DNA of 64,000 nt from Clostridia bacterium (GTDB lineage: Bacteria; Bacillota; Clostridia; Oscillospirales; QAKW01), in the NCBI GenBank assembly GCA_017560905.1, contig JAFZEA010000002.1, forward strand, positions 19,497-83,496. The letters run 5' to 3'. Under the pieces are notes generated by a model. It saw only the letters and a list, made by a program, of their open reading frames with translations. It was not told the origin of the DNA and did no database searches. The position numbers and the translations under genes are program-made. Of this stretch, positions 38,409-48,584 are shown in pieces. How positions within the stretch are numbered: the stretch's first letter is position 1; each line of letters opens with the position of its first letter.

Positions 38409-38579
38409 TTACTCTTCTACGATAGCTTCTACCGGGCACTGATCAGCGCAAGCGCCGCAATCCAGGCAGGTGTCAGCATTAATTTCGAACTTCTCACCTG
38501 CATCAGTGATCGCCTCAACGGGACACTGGCTGGCGCAAGCACCGCAAGCAATGCATTCATCTGTAATTTTGTATGCCAT
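38409..38579 (-). CDS. 2x[4Fe-4S] clostridial-type ferredoxin (not in the ORF track, 56 aa)
   Basis: MAYKITDECIACGACASQCPVEAI...CLDCGACADQCPVEAIVEE, with RBS aaaaggagg. Confidence 0.9.
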   Translation of the reverse strand: MAYKITDECIACGACASQCPVEAITDAGEKFEINADTCLDCGACADQCPVEAIVEE

Positions 38580-38656
38580 AATAGTTACACCTCCTTTTAA
38601 GTTGTAACTATCATATCATATCAAAACTGAGTTTTGCAAGTATTTTATGAAAATGT

Positions 38657-39529
38657 TTAATTTTTTTTCGAATTTTTGGGATTTTTTGTTACAGGTGCTT
38701 CCTTTTTGTCTTTTTTTGCCGCACGAAGTAAAGTGACGTCGCTGACGGGAAATACCTTAAACGAGATATCCTCGCCCTTGATAAATTTAACCTTAAGCTC
38801 GCCCTTAAGCACATAGGCATCCGCCACGACACCCTCACCGTCGGGTGTTTTGACAAAACTACCGGGGGCCGGCGTTTCCTGCCAATAAGATTCATATGCG
38901 CTCTGCTCAAATCCCAGACAGCACATCAGTCTGCCGCAGGGACCGGAGATCTTGAGCGGATTGGGAGAAAGTCCCTGCTCCTTGGCCATCTTGATATTGA
39001 CAGGGTGAAAATCACCAAGAAAGCCGTGACAGCAAAACTCTCTGCCGCATATACCAAGTCCGCCCAGAATTTTACTCTCATCTCTGACACCGATCTGGCG
39101 CAATTCAATGCGGGTCTTGAACACACCTGCAAGCTCCTTGACCAGATCACGGAAATCCACTCTGCCCTCAGCGGTAAAGTAAAACAATATCTTACTTCTG
39201 TCAAAGGTGTATTCAACGTCTACCAGAGCCATCTCCAGTTTTTGACGGCGGATACGCTCTTGACAAACGTTAAATGCTTTTTTCTCTTTCTGGCGGTTTT
39301 CCTCAACTCTCTGCATATCCTCGTCGGTAGCAGGGCGAATGACTTTTTTGAGCGGTGCGGTCACCTCTTCGTCAGACACCTGACGGTTGGCAATAACAAC
39401 GTCACCGCACTCCACGCCACGGGAGGTTTCCACAATGCAGTGATCTCCCAGTTTAAATATATATTCAGCAGGGTCAAAGTAGTATACTTTTCCCGCTGTC
39501 TTAAAACGGACTCCAACTATGGTTTTCAA
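38657..39529 (-). CDS. ricT: PSP1-domain protein (YaaT/RicT-like stage 0 sporulation protein)
   Basis: 290 aa, GVRFKTAGKVYYFD and CGRLMCCL motifs. Follows holB as in Bacilli/Clostridia. Confidence 0.85.
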   Translation of the reverse strand: MKTIVGVRFKTAGKVYYFDPAEYIFKLGDHCIVETSRGVECGDVVIANRQVSDEEVTAPLKKVIRPATDEDMQRVEENRQKEKKAFNVCQERIRRQKLEMALVDVEYTFDRSKILFYFTAEGRVDFRDLVKELAGVFKTRIELRQIGVRDESKILGGLGICGREFCCHGFLGDFHPVNIKMAKEQGLSPNPLKISGPCGRLMCCLGFEQSAYESYWQETPAPGSFVKTPDGEGVVADAYVLKGELKVKFIKGEDISFKVFPVSDVTLLRAAKKDKKEAPVTKNPKNSKKN

Positions 39530-39547
39530 ATCGGTTCCTCCTTAATT

Positions 39548-40522
39548 TTAAATACAATTTGTTCTGACCAGTGTGACCAGCCGCATTTCAAGCAGCAATA
39601 TACTGATGGACTGTGTGACCTGTACAGCCAGTTGCTGCAAGCCCTCTATCGTACGAAGCAGCCCGTCGGCACGAATGCGGACAAAATACCCCGCAAGAGA
39701 TGCAATGCTGTCAGCAAACACCAGTTCTGCCGTGGGTGCAGTCTTGTATACTGCAATATCTCGGAAATAGAGCGCCAACGTTTTGATAAACTCGGCAAAC
39801 TCCTCTTTGTCTGCGGCCAGTTTATGACTGATGGCGGCCATATCGTAAGCCGTTCCCGTCAGAAGGGCTCTGGAAAACGCTTCACAGTTTGCAATGCGCT
39901 CCTTAAGTTTGCCCTCTTTGATAAGACTGAGCGCTTGCCCCGGGTTGCCGCCCGCCGCGCCAAGCGCCGTACGGATCAGATCGTCGGGTGCCTGCGCCTG
40001 CTCTCTGAGCCAGGATAGGCTTTGCTCGGTGGAGGGCAGCTCCAGCGCCAAACGGATAACACGGGAAAGAACGGTGGCCAGCATACGACTCTCATCACTG
40101 CACAGCAACAGAAATACCACAAATGCAGGCGGCTCCTCCAAAATTTTAAGAAAGGCATCCTGCGCCGCAGGACTCATTTTTTCCGCTTCTTCCAATACAT
40201 AGATCTTTTTACGGCCTTCGTTGGGATAGACCAGCGCATCCTTACGGATTTCACGAATCTGATCCACTGAATAAGTACCGTTTTTATTATCACCGCGCAA
40301 ACGGATGAGGTCCGGGTGTATCCCCTTTTCCACTTTCTGACAGCAGACACATTGCTCACAACCGCCTTCGGGACACATCAGCATAGTACTGATGATATCC
40401 GCCAGCGTTTTTTTGCCGCTGCCGACGGCGCCGCAGATCAGATAGGCGTGTGCCGCCTTATCCTCCCGTACCGCGGTCCGGATCTGCGCAATCAGATGCT
40501 GATTGCCGAGTAATTGCTTCAT
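39548..40522 (-). CDS. holB: DNA polymerase III delta' subunit
   Basis: 324 aa, HAYLICGAVGSGKKT, zinc module CxxCxxC. Confidence 0.88.
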   Translation of the reverse strand: MKQLLGNQHLIAQIRTAVREDKAAHAYLICGAVGSGKKTLADIISTMLMCPEGGCEQCVCCQKVEKGIHPDLIRLRGDNKNGTYSVDQIREIRKDALVYPNEGRKKIYVLEEAEKMSPAAQDAFLKILEEPPAFVVFLLLCSDESRMLATVLSRVIRLALELPSTEQSLSWLREQAQAPDDLIRTALGAAGGNPGQALSLIKEGKLKERIANCEAFSRALLTGTAYDMAAISHKLAADKEEFAEFIKTLALYFRDIAVYKTAPTAELVFADSIASLAGYFVRIRADGLLRTIEGLQQLAVQVTQSISILLLEMRLVTLVRTNCI

Positions 40523-40533
40523 ATCATCTATCC

Positions 40534-41616
40534 TTATTCATAGCATCGCTCCACGTGGTCAGCCACGTAAAGCGGAGAAATGGGTACGATTACCTCGTCA
40601 CCGATGTGAGCCTCGATATCCGTTACGTCTATCATCATATGGGTCATTGCCACACGTCCGATTACCGGCACGCTTTTACCGTTGACGCTAACGCGCATAC
40701 GGTTGTCCTTTCGGAGCATCATTTTAAATATCCTAAGCCCATAGCGGCAAAAGTCACGAAAGCGGAAGGCATCATAGTCTTTGGCCAGTTGAATACCATC
40801 TGCCGTGCCCACGGCCAATACTGCCACTTTGGTATCACGGGTAAGGTTGTACACCTTGCCGTAGCCGATATTCTGCCCCTTGGGCAGAGTGCGGATATCG
40901 ACGATCTCGGTGACAAAGTTACCCACTCTTTTCAGCGGTAAGCGGGTGGACACCGGCAATCTGCCGCAAAGCGCAGAGCCGATGCGCACGGCTCCCAGAT
41001 GAAACTTTTTATCTCTGAGGGCGGCAGAGGAATTGGCAATATGGCAAAGCGGAATCTGTGCACCGGCGGATCTGAGCACCTCTACAGCAAGACTGAACTT
41101 GTCCAACTGCTCATCGGCAAAAGGATCATTGTAGAAAAATGCGGCACCGAGATGGGAAAAAAGAGCTTCCACCTTGACATTTTTAAGTGAAAATACAGCG
41201 AGCATATCCTCGGTTTGATGGGGCAAAAATCCAAATCGGCCAAACCCCGTATCTATAGCGATATGCAGATGCGCAGTCAAACCCAACTGACCGGCAATTC
41301 GATCAGCGCACTCGGCCTGTTCCAAAGAATCCACCGCAAAGTGCCACTTCTTTTCTATCATACGGCGCAGTTCTTTCTCACCGTGATAGCAGGTCAGCAC
41401 CCAAAGTGTACTGTCGGTCTGCAGTGCCTCGGCCTCCTCGATGCGGGAGAGCGCAAAGGTATCAGCGCCAGCATCCTCCAAAGCGGACAATACTCGCTGT
41501 GCGCCCAGACCGTAAGCATTTGCTTTAAGCATCGGCACCGTCAGCGCACCGGTATGAGTGGCCAGCGTCTGCCAGTTGTATACAACATCCTGAATTTTGA
41601 TCTTATAGCAAGTCAT
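40534..41616 (-). CDS. divergent alanine-racemase-family PLP enzyme
   Basis: 360 aa. PLP-lysine context LKANAYGLG, DTGFGRFG, IANS, GYG...VGTADG. Has an atypical about 35-aa insertion before the C-terminal barrel. Confidence 0.75.
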   Translation of the reverse strand: MTCYKIKIQDVVYNWQTLATHTGALTVPMLKANAYGLGAQRVLSALEDAGADTFALSRIEEAEALQTDSTLWVLTCYHGEKELRRMIEKKWHFAVDSLEQAECADRIAGQLGLTAHLHIAIDTGFGRFGFLPHQTEDMLAVFSLKNVKVEALFSHLGAAFFYNDPFADEQLDKFSLAVEVLRSAGAQIPLCHIANSSAALRDKKFHLGAVRIGSALCGRLPVSTRLPLKRVGNFVTEIVDIRTLPKGQNIGYGKVYNLTRDTKVAVLAVGTADGIQLAKDYDAFRFRDFCRYGLRIFKMMLRKDNRMRVSVNGKSVPVIGRVAMTHMMIDVTDIEAHIGDEVIVPISPLYVADHVERCYE

Positions 41617-41620
41617 AGTA

Positions 41621-42688
41621 TCACTTCTTATTTTTGAGTTTGAAGAGAACGTGATTGAGTTTGCGATACGCCTTCTGTCCCTTTTCCGCCAAAAACATCA
41701 TTGTGGAATCAAAGACCAGATTGAGTTCACCGCAAAACTCGGTAAATTCTCCGTTAAAGTCTTTTTTGAACCGATAGAGACCGTACAGCGGATTGTCCTC
41801 GCTCAGATCTCCGGATACGCCACGGAAATCATATACGTCCGCCCCTCTCTCGACAGCCCACTGAATCATGGAATACTGCAGAAGATAATTGGGCATCAGA
41901 TCACGGTGCGAATTGGAAGACGCACCGTAAAGATACCACACCTTATTACCGTAACCGATGGCCAGTGTTCCTGCGATGGCTTCCCCCTCGGCGTTGTAGG
42001 CCATATAAAGACGAGCGGCATCACCCAGACATTCCATCAGACGACGGAAATATTCCTCTGTACGGATAACGAAATTATCACGGATACCCGTTTCCAGCAT
42101 AATGGTATAGAAATCGTGCAAAGCGCTTGCATCCGCCACCTTTACGGTAACACCTCTTCGGGTGGCCAACCGTACCTTACGACGGTGGCTCTGGGTAAAG
42201 GTCATCAGAATCTCCTCGTCACTGCGTCCCTCTAAGTAAAGACGGAACACGTACCGGGGCTGAATGCCCTCAAAGTTCTTGGTATCCTTGGGCAGTTTAC
42301 AGCCCAGATCCTTCATAATCCCAAGATATTCCAGATCGTCACTCTTGACATCTGTGTCCATTTTGAGGGCATAGGCCTTATGCTGTTTGGCCAGTTCCTT
42401 TGCGCCGTCCAGCAGGGTTTTAAGCACCGCTTTGTCATGCACGTCGCAGACAGGTCCGCGAGGCGCATACAGTACGCTGGTGGGAAGCATGGGCATCTTT
42501 CGGATGAGCACCGACATAATACCGTTGATCTTTCCCTCGGCATCACGGGAAATGATACCCGCAAATTTCCATTCTTTTTTCAGCTTGCCCCAACCGACAC
42601 TCTGGGAAAAATGTCCCTTGGGACAGTTTTGGTTAAAGGCTTCATATTCTGCGACCGCCGCTGCGTTGTTCAAATCCAGAAGTTCCAT
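41621..42688 (-). CDS. FemAB-family peptidoglycan aminoacyltransferase
   Basis: 355 aa, FxQSxxW (FSQSVGWGKLK) and YLYGAS...YLLQ motifs. Confidence 0.85.
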   Translation of the reverse strand: MELLDLNNAAAVAEYEAFNQNCPKGHFSQSVGWGKLKKEWKFAGIISRDAEGKINGIMSVLIRKMPMLPTSVLYAPRGPVCDVHDKAVLKTLLDGAKELAKQHKAYALKMDTDVKSDDLEYLGIMKDLGCKLPKDTKNFEGIQPRYVFRLYLEGRSDEEILMTFTQSHRRKVRLATRRGVTVKVADASALHDFYTIMLETGIRDNFVIRTEEYFRRLMECLGDAARLYMAYNAEGEAIAGTLAIGYGNKVWYLYGASSNSHRDLMPNYLLQYSMIQWAVERGADVYDFRGVSGDLSEDNPLYGLYRFKKDFNGEFTEFCGELNLVFDSTMMFLAEKGQKAYRKLNHVLFKLKNKK

Positions 42689-42869
42689 ACTACACTCCTA
42701 AAATATATTATAATCATACATTGTTATTATACATTTTTTATATAGAGTTGTCCACCCTTTTTTATTTTTGGAAAAAATATATTATTATTTTTTTAAAAAA
42801 GTTATTCCTTTTTGCAAAAATATGGTGTATAATACTGTTAAAATGAATAGGACAAAGGAGGTAAGAAAT

Positions 42870-43061
42870 ATGATTACAAAAGACACCATTATCGGTGATG
42901 TTCTGGATCAGCATCCCGACACCGCACCTTTCTTCTTGGAGATCGGTATGCATTGTCTGGGTTGTCCTTCCGCCAGAGGTGAAACCATCGAGCAAGCCTG
43001 TGCCGTACACGGTCAGGACGTTGATGCCCTGCTGGAGAAGATCAACGGTTTTCTCGCCTAA
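42870..43061 (+). CDS. DUF1858 / hybrid-cluster-protein-associated redox disulfide protein
   Basis: 63 aa, MHCLGCP motif, RBS aaaggagg. Confidence 0.75.
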   Translation: MITKDTIIGDVLDQHPDTAPFFLEIGMHCLGCPSARGETIEQACAVHGQDVDALLEKINGFLA

Positions 43062-43068
43062 GAAACCA

Positions 43069-43098
43069 AAAAAGCCGAGTGTATACTCGGCTTTTTTA
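43069..43098 (+). terminator. intrinsic terminator
   Basis: aaaaaagccgagt / actcggctttttt. Confidence 0.85.
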
Positions 43099-43114
43099 GT
43101 AAGGATTTTAATAT

Positions 43115-43786
43115 ATGGAACTGACCAATCGACTGAAAAGTGTATACAGCTTGTTGCCCGAGGACTGCATTATGATTGACGTGGGCACCGACCATTGCTA
43201 CCTGCCCATCTATGCCATATTAAACGAAAAAGTGAAGCGTGCCTATGCCGCCGACGTTCGACAAGGCCCCTTGCAAAACGGTAAGGAAAATGCCGCCGTT
43301 TACGGTTGTAGTGAGCGCATCACCGCTCTGCTGTCCGACGGATTGCAGGCTCTGAGCGAGGCGCAGCAGCAGGATATTGATACCGTGGTATGCGCAGGTA
43401 TGGGCGGCACACTGATCCAAAACATCATTGCCGCTGCACCGTTTTTAAAAAATAAAAACAAAACGCTTATTCTGCAACCGCAAAAAGCGATCTTCGAACT
43501 CAAGGAATATCTGGCCGCGCAAGGCTTTGAAATTCAAAAAGAGGTACTGAGCAAAGAAGGAAACAAAATGTATCAATGTATGCTGGTACGGTTTTCGGGC
43601 AAGGTACATACGCCACCCAATCCCTTTGCACTGCTGAAAAGCGATGTATTGTTTGACGAGTATGCCGCCCGTGAAAAGCGGCGGATGCAACGCCAAAAAA
43701 GCGGTATGGAGCAAGGCGGAATTCCCGATAAAGAACGCTACCATCAAGTATGCAAGCACTTGAAAGAATTGGAGGAAATGCTATGA
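43115..43786 (+). CDS. trmK: tRNA (adenine22-N1)-methyltransferase
   Basis: 223 aa, DVGTDHCYLP motif. ATGA overlap with the nif3 gene. Confidence 0.85.
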   Translation: MELTNRLKSVYSLLPEDCIMIDVGTDHCYLPIYAILNEKVKRAYAADVRQGPLQNGKENAAVYGCSERITALLSDGLQALSEAQQQDIDTVVCAGMGGTLIQNIIAAAPFLKNKNKTLILQPQKAIFELKEYLAAQGFEIQKEVLSKEGNKMYQCMLVRFSGKVHTPPNPFALLKSDVLFDEYAAREKRRMQRQKSGMEQGGIPDKERYHQVCKHLKELEEML

Positions 43787-44550
43787 GAGTCAAAGACGTA
43801 TATAATCTCATCGACCGCTATGCGCCCTTTGCCATCGCAGAGGAGTGGGACAATGCGGGCTTTTTGATGGGACACAAAGATGCCGAGGTCACCAAAATAC
43901 TGGTGACGTTGGATGCCGACTTCTGTGCTATGGAACACGCCGTAAAAGAAGGCTGCAATCTCATCATTTCCCACCACCCTTTTATCTTTGATACTGAAAA
44001 GCAGATCACAGACCGCAGCGGACAAGGCAGAAAAATACTGTATGCTCTGGAAAACCATCTGAACATCATCTCCGCCCACACCAATCTTGACAGTTGTGAG
44101 GGCGGCATCAACGATACACTGGCCGCACTGCTCGGACTGAACGTTACCGAAAAGTTCATCCCCACCCGTGAGGGCGGTATGTTGGGGCGCATCGGCACCC
44201 ACAGTTTTGCCTCTTTGGATCAATTTCTGAGCCACGCGGCAAGCGTACTCAACGTTACGCCCCGTTACCGAATGGTCAATGCTTCGTTTAAAAAGATCGC
44301 CGTGGTCAGCGGCAGCGGCTCATCTTGTATGAAAGATGCACTGGCGGCAGGCGTCGATACACTGGTCACCGGTGACTGCAGATACTCTGCCTATATAGAG
44401 GCGGCGGAAATTGGCCTTAATCTTATAGATCTCGGTCACTTTGAAACCGAGCAGATCATCGTACCCGTACTGGCCGAATATCTGAGAAGCCACGCACTGA
44501 CCGTCACTGAGCATATTATTCCCACTCCCATCTGCACTTCGGAGGCATAA
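43783..44550 (+). CDS. Nif3-like dinuclear metal centre protein
   Basis: MRVKDVYNLID...EEWDNAGF...ISHHP pattern. Confidence 0.88.
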   Translation: MRVKDVYNLIDRYAPFAIAEEWDNAGFLMGHKDAEVTKILVTLDADFCAMEHAVKEGCNLIISHHPFIFDTEKQITDRSGQGRKILYALENHLNIISAHTNLDSCEGGINDTLAALLGLNVTEKFIPTREGGMLGRIGTHSFASLDQFLSHAASVLNVTPRYRMVNASFKKIAVVSGSGSSCMKDALAAGVDTLVTGDCRYSAYIEAAEIGLNLIDLGHFETEQIIVPVLAEYLRSHALTVTEHIIPTPICTSEA

Positions 44551-44553
44551 AAT

Positions 44554-46317
44554 ATGGCACTTGACGCTTGTTTTCTACGCTTTACGGCCGCTTCTCTGCA
44601 AGAGCAACTGGCAGGAAGCGTGATCGATAAAATCTATCAGCCCTCCAAAGAGGAGGTCGTGCTCCATCTGCGAGGACGGGAAAAGCACAAACTGATGATT
44701 TCTTCCTCCCCCAATGCCGCCCGTATCCATCTGACCGATCAATCGGTAGAAAATCCGAAGGTCCCCCCTGCTTTTTGTATGGTGCTGAGAAAACATCTGA
44801 GCGGAGCACGGGTCATCAAAATTTACACACCTGCCTTTGAGCGAGTGATATTTATTGAGTTTGAGGGAAAAAACGACTTTTTTGAACCGGAAACGAAAAT
44901 TCTTTTGCTGGAAATTATGGGTCGCACCTCCAACATCATACTGCTGGATGCAAAGCACAAAATCATCAACGCCATCAAGCACGTAGATTTTACTATGACA
45001 CGGCACAGAGAGATCCTGCCGGGGCTGGCCTATGAAATGCCGCCGACGCAGGACAAGATCTCCTTTTTACAAGCAAGCGACAAAGACAAAGACTGCTTGT
45101 TTGCCAAGGTAGAGGCCAGAGTGAGCGATGCGATACTGGACACCTATGCAGGCATCTCTCCCGTGGTGGCCAGAGAAATTGCCTACCGTGCAATTCACAC
45201 GACCGACAAGCGCATCAGTGAGCTGTCCACTCCGCAAAAAAATAAGTTGATTGACGAGATCCTCTCTCTGCGACAAACCGTGGAAAACGGAGCCTTTGCA
45301 GGAAGTCTCATCCGTCGCCGCGACAACGGCAAAATGACAGACTTTTCTTTTTTGCCGCTGGAGCAGTATGGCTCTGCGGCGGAGGTAATGGACTTTGACA
45401 CCCCCGGCGCACTGCTGGAGGAATATTATACCAAATCCGCCAATCTTCACCGAATCAAGCAAAAAGCGCTGGATCTGAGCAATTTTCTCACCCGAACCGC
45501 CGCCCGCATCACTCGTACTATGACGGTACGGCAAAAGGAGCTGGCCGACAGTGAAAGCGCAGACAAATACCAGATATACGGTCAGATCATTCAAGCCAAT
45601 CTCTACCAAATCAAAAAAGGTGACCGTGTACTGAAAGCGCCCAATTTTTTTGAGGAGGATATGCCGGAGATCACCATTGCTCTCCAACCCGACAAATCCC
45701 CCATACAAAATGCGCAAAGTTATTTTAAGAAATATTCCAAAGCCAAAAACGGCCGTCGCATTATCGCACAGCTCATCGAGCAGGACAAAAAGGAACTCGA
45801 ATACATCAATTCCGTTTTTGTATCGCTGTGCGATGCGGAAAGCGAGGAAGATCTGGAACAGATCCGTGCGGAATTGGTCGAGGGACACTATCTCAACCCC
45901 CGTGGCCCCAAGAGTAAAAAGGCCGTGCTGTCCCACCCACGCGAATTTGTCACCGACGACGGTTACACCGTGTATGTGGGCAAGAGCAATCTGCAAAACG
46001 ATTATCTGACCGTACGCCTCAGCCGTAAAAATGATATATGGCTGCACACCAAGGGCATTCACGGCTCACACACCTTACTGGTCGCAGGCGGCAAAACGTT
46101 GGAGGAAATTCCCGATACAGCACTGCTACAGGCCGCCGCCCTTGCCGCCTATTACTCCAAGGGCAAGGAAAGCAGCAAAGTGGAAGTAGACTACTGCCCC
46201 GTACAAAACGTTAAAAAGCCTGCGGGTGCCAAGCCCGGTATGGTCATATACGAAAACTATTATACTCTGCTGGTCGCCCCCGACGAGGCACTGGCGGAAA
46301 GGATACGAAAAAAATGA
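44554..46317 (+). CDS. rqcH: ribosome quality control factor RqcH (NFACT / FbpA family)
   Basis: 587 aa. N-terminal NFACT-N, coiled coil, and a C-terminal NFACT-R-like domain (GIHGSH). Confidence 0.88.
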   Translation: MALDACFLRFTAASLQEQLAGSVIDKIYQPSKEEVVLHLRGREKHKLMISSSPNAARIHLTDQSVENPKVPPAFCMVLRKHLSGARVIKIYTPAFERVIFIEFEGKNDFFEPETKILLLEIMGRTSNIILLDAKHKIINAIKHVDFTMTRHREILPGLAYEMPPTQDKISFLQASDKDKDCLFAKVEARVSDAILDTYAGISPVVAREIAYRAIHTTDKRISELSTPQKNKLIDEILSLRQTVENGAFAGSLIRRRDNGKMTDFSFLPLEQYGSAAEVMDFDTPGALLEEYYTKSANLHRIKQKALDLSNFLTRTAARITRTMTVRQKELADSESADKYQIYGQIIQANLYQIKKGDRVLKAPNFFEEDMPEITIALQPDKSPIQNAQSYFKKYSKAKNGRRIIAQLIEQDKKELEYINSVFVSLCDAESEEDLEQIRAELVEGHYLNPRGPKSKKAVLSHPREFVTDDGYTVYVGKSNLQNDYLTVRLSRKNDIWLHTKGIHGSHTLLVAGGKTLEEIPDTALLQAAALAAYYSKGKESSKVEVDYCPVQNVKKPAGAKPGMVIYENYYTLLVAPDEALAERIRKK

Positions 46318-46880
46318 TCGGATACGATTTTGACGAAACCATCTATAACGGCGACTCTACCAGAGATTTTGTCTTTTACTGTTTAAAACGTCAGCCCTCT
46401 CTGGTGCGTTTTGTTCCCCGTTGGGGATGGAACGCCCTGCTGTGGAAGGTCTTCCGCACCAAGAGCAAGACACAGTTTAAGGAAAAACTGTACAGCTTTT
46501 TCACGGGAATCAAAGACATAGATGCCTTCGTAGCAGATTTCTGGCAAGTACATTTTAAAAACATCAAGCCCTGGTACTACGAGCAGCAAAGAGAAGACGA
46601 TATCATCATCTCCGCTTCCCCCGAATTTCTGCTCCGTCCCGCCATCGACAGATTGGGAATTCGGTATTTCCTTGCCTCCCGTGTGGACAAAAAGACGGGC
46701 AAGTATACGGGTGAAAACTGTTGGGGTGAAGAAAAAGTTTGCCGATTCAGACAACTGCTACCCGAGGCCGAGATCGAAAGCTTTTATTCCGACTCCCGTT
46801 CGGACACGCCTATGGCACGCCTTGCCACCGGCACCTCTTATCTTGTCTACGGCGACAAGCGGGTGCCCTGGGATCTGTAA
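46314..46880 (+). CDS. HAD-IB family hydrolase
   Basis: 188 aa, DFDETI motif I and a YSDSxSD motif. Confidence 0.75.
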   Translation: MIGYDFDETIYNGDSTRDFVFYCLKRQPSLVRFVPRWGWNALLWKVFRTKSKTQFKEKLYSFFTGIKDIDAFVADFWQVHFKNIKPWYYEQQREDDIIISASPEFLLRPAIDRLGIRYFLASRVDKKTGKYTGENCWGEEKVCRFRQLLPEAEIESFYSDSRSDTPMARLATGTSYLVYGDKRVPWDL

Positions 46881-46936
46881 AAAAACAATGGGGCTGTCTC
46901 ACTAACAAAAAGTGAGGCAGTCCCATTGTTTATATT

Positions 46937-48571
46937 TTATCTGTCCAGAGTCCAGGGGGCGATGTTACCTTCACCGTCTTCGTTGGTGCCGATAAACTTT
47001 ACTGAGCCGTTGGGGCGAATGGCTACGGTAAAATTCCAACCGCTGACCACACCGATGATATCTTGAAGTTCAGATACCTCGGTCTGCCCCTTATCGTTTT
47101 TGCCCGTGGCAATGAGAGTACCGTCGGTTTTAAGACCTACGGTAAATTCGTTACCTGCGGTCACGGCAACAATGTCCGTCCAATCAGAAACATCGCAGGC
47201 TTTGTTTTTATTGCGGCCTGCGGCAACCACGGTGCCGTCTGCCTTAACTCCTAAAGCGTGAGAGTTGCCTGCGGTAATGTAAATAATATCCGTCCAGTCG
47301 GAGACATCGCACTGACCGTACTCGTTATTACCGGCGGCCACTACGGTGCCGTCTTCTTTCAGCCCCAGGACAAAATCCTCACCCACGGCAATTTCCGTAA
47401 TGCCGCTCCAGGATTTGAGACTGCACTGACCATAATCATTTTTACCGGTGGCCACGACTGTACCGTCACTCACAAGACCGACACTAAATCCGTTGCCTGC
47501 ACCAATGCGAATGATGTTCATCCAGTTGACTACGTCGCAGGCACCCGTCTTTTTGTTGCCCACGGCCATAACCGTGCCGCTGTAGTGCAGACCCAAAGAA
47601 TGATCTTTGCCCGCCGATACGGCGCGAATGGCATTCCACTTATCGGTCATCATTGCGCCGTCCAGCGCATAGCCGACACCGACCACCTTACCCAGTCTGT
47701 TATTCTTGATAAGATGGCGTTCACCGCCGGAGATAGAGGTTTCGGCGCAAAGTTTACGGGAGATATCCACCATCACTTCTTCCGAATTACCATAACCGCC
47801 CAATGCGCTTAACTCGTCATAAGCCTCATAATAGCGGTCTAGTTCAAGATAGGCTTGCGCTTCGGCATAGCTGCGGGAGGGTATCGCCCAAAAAACAACG
47901 AATAAGGCAATCATCAGCGTCAGCACACCGATGCTGCCAAAAATACTGCACCATTTGATAATCTTGCGGCGTTTATGTAATTTTTGTTGCTCATCCGCCA
48001 GCTTTTCAAGGCGTTCTTTTTCTGCGCGTTCGGCATCGTCAATGTTGGCCTGCACGGTGGCCTCACCGTCACGATGGTTATATACCCACTTTCTTTTTTT
48101 GCGGCATTTGCCGCATTCGGTGCGGGCAATATCGTTAATCTGACCACAACCACAGCGCCAATAATGCTCGGTAAAGCAAGGTTGACAGACAAGCTCTGCG
48201 CCCGCCCATGCTTTACTGAACTCGTCAAAATCTTCCATTTGGGTATCAACGGGTTGAGCAGGCAATACCGCCTCACCCGTATTCTCCGCCTTATTCTTCC
48301 AACACACACCGTCTTTGGCGGTGACAGTAGCCAAATAATACTCACCGGGGTGCGCGGCAACCGCCACACTGCAAACCTTACATTCCCCTGCGGCAATGGT
48401 CTCGGAAACGGTATATTCCTTGCCGTCTGCCCACAAGGTAAACTCGGTAATATCTATCCAAGCTACGTTGCGCAGACAAAGCTTCCACGCACCGTCAAAT
48501 TCATCCCACTCCGTCCACAGCGGGCAAGCAGGCAAAAAATATTCGTTGATTCTCCGATTATTTTCAGACAT
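46937..48571 (-). CDS. single-pass membrane protein with cytoplasmic zinc-ribbon and extracytoplasmic RCC1-like beta-propeller repeats
   Basis: 544 aa. CxxC...CGC...CGKC zinc ribbon, one TM helix, then about 6-7 units of roughly 37 aa of the type DGTVVAxGxNxYGQCDVSDWTDI. Lies 13 nt downstream of rpoD. Confidence 0.8.
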   Translation of the reverse strand: MSENNRRINEYFLPACPLWTEWDEFDGAWKLCLRNVAWIDITEFTLWADGKEYTVSETIAAGECKVCSVAVAAHPGEYYLATVTAKDGVCWKNKAENTGEAVLPAQPVDTQMEDFDEFSKAWAGAELVCQPCFTEHYWRCGCGQINDIARTECGKCRKKRKWVYNHRDGEATVQANIDDAERAEKERLEKLADEQQKLHKRRKIIKWCSIFGSIGVLTLMIALFVVFWAIPSRSYAEAQAYLELDRYYEAYDELSALGGYGNSEEVMVDISRKLCAETSISGGERHLIKNNRLGKVVGVGYALDGAMMTDKWNAIRAVSAGKDHSLGLHYSGTVMAVGNKKTGACDVVNWMNIIRIGAGNGFSVGLVSDGTVVATGKNDYGQCSLKSWSGITEIAVGEDFVLGLKEDGTVVAAGNNEYGQCDVSDWTDIIYITAGNSHALGVKADGTVVAAGRNKNKACDVSDWTDIVAVTAGNEFTVGLKTDGTLIATGKNDKGQTEVSELQDIIGVVSGWNFTVAIRPNGSVKFIGTNEDGEGNIAPWTLDR

Positions 48572-48584
48572 AACAGTTCCTCAC

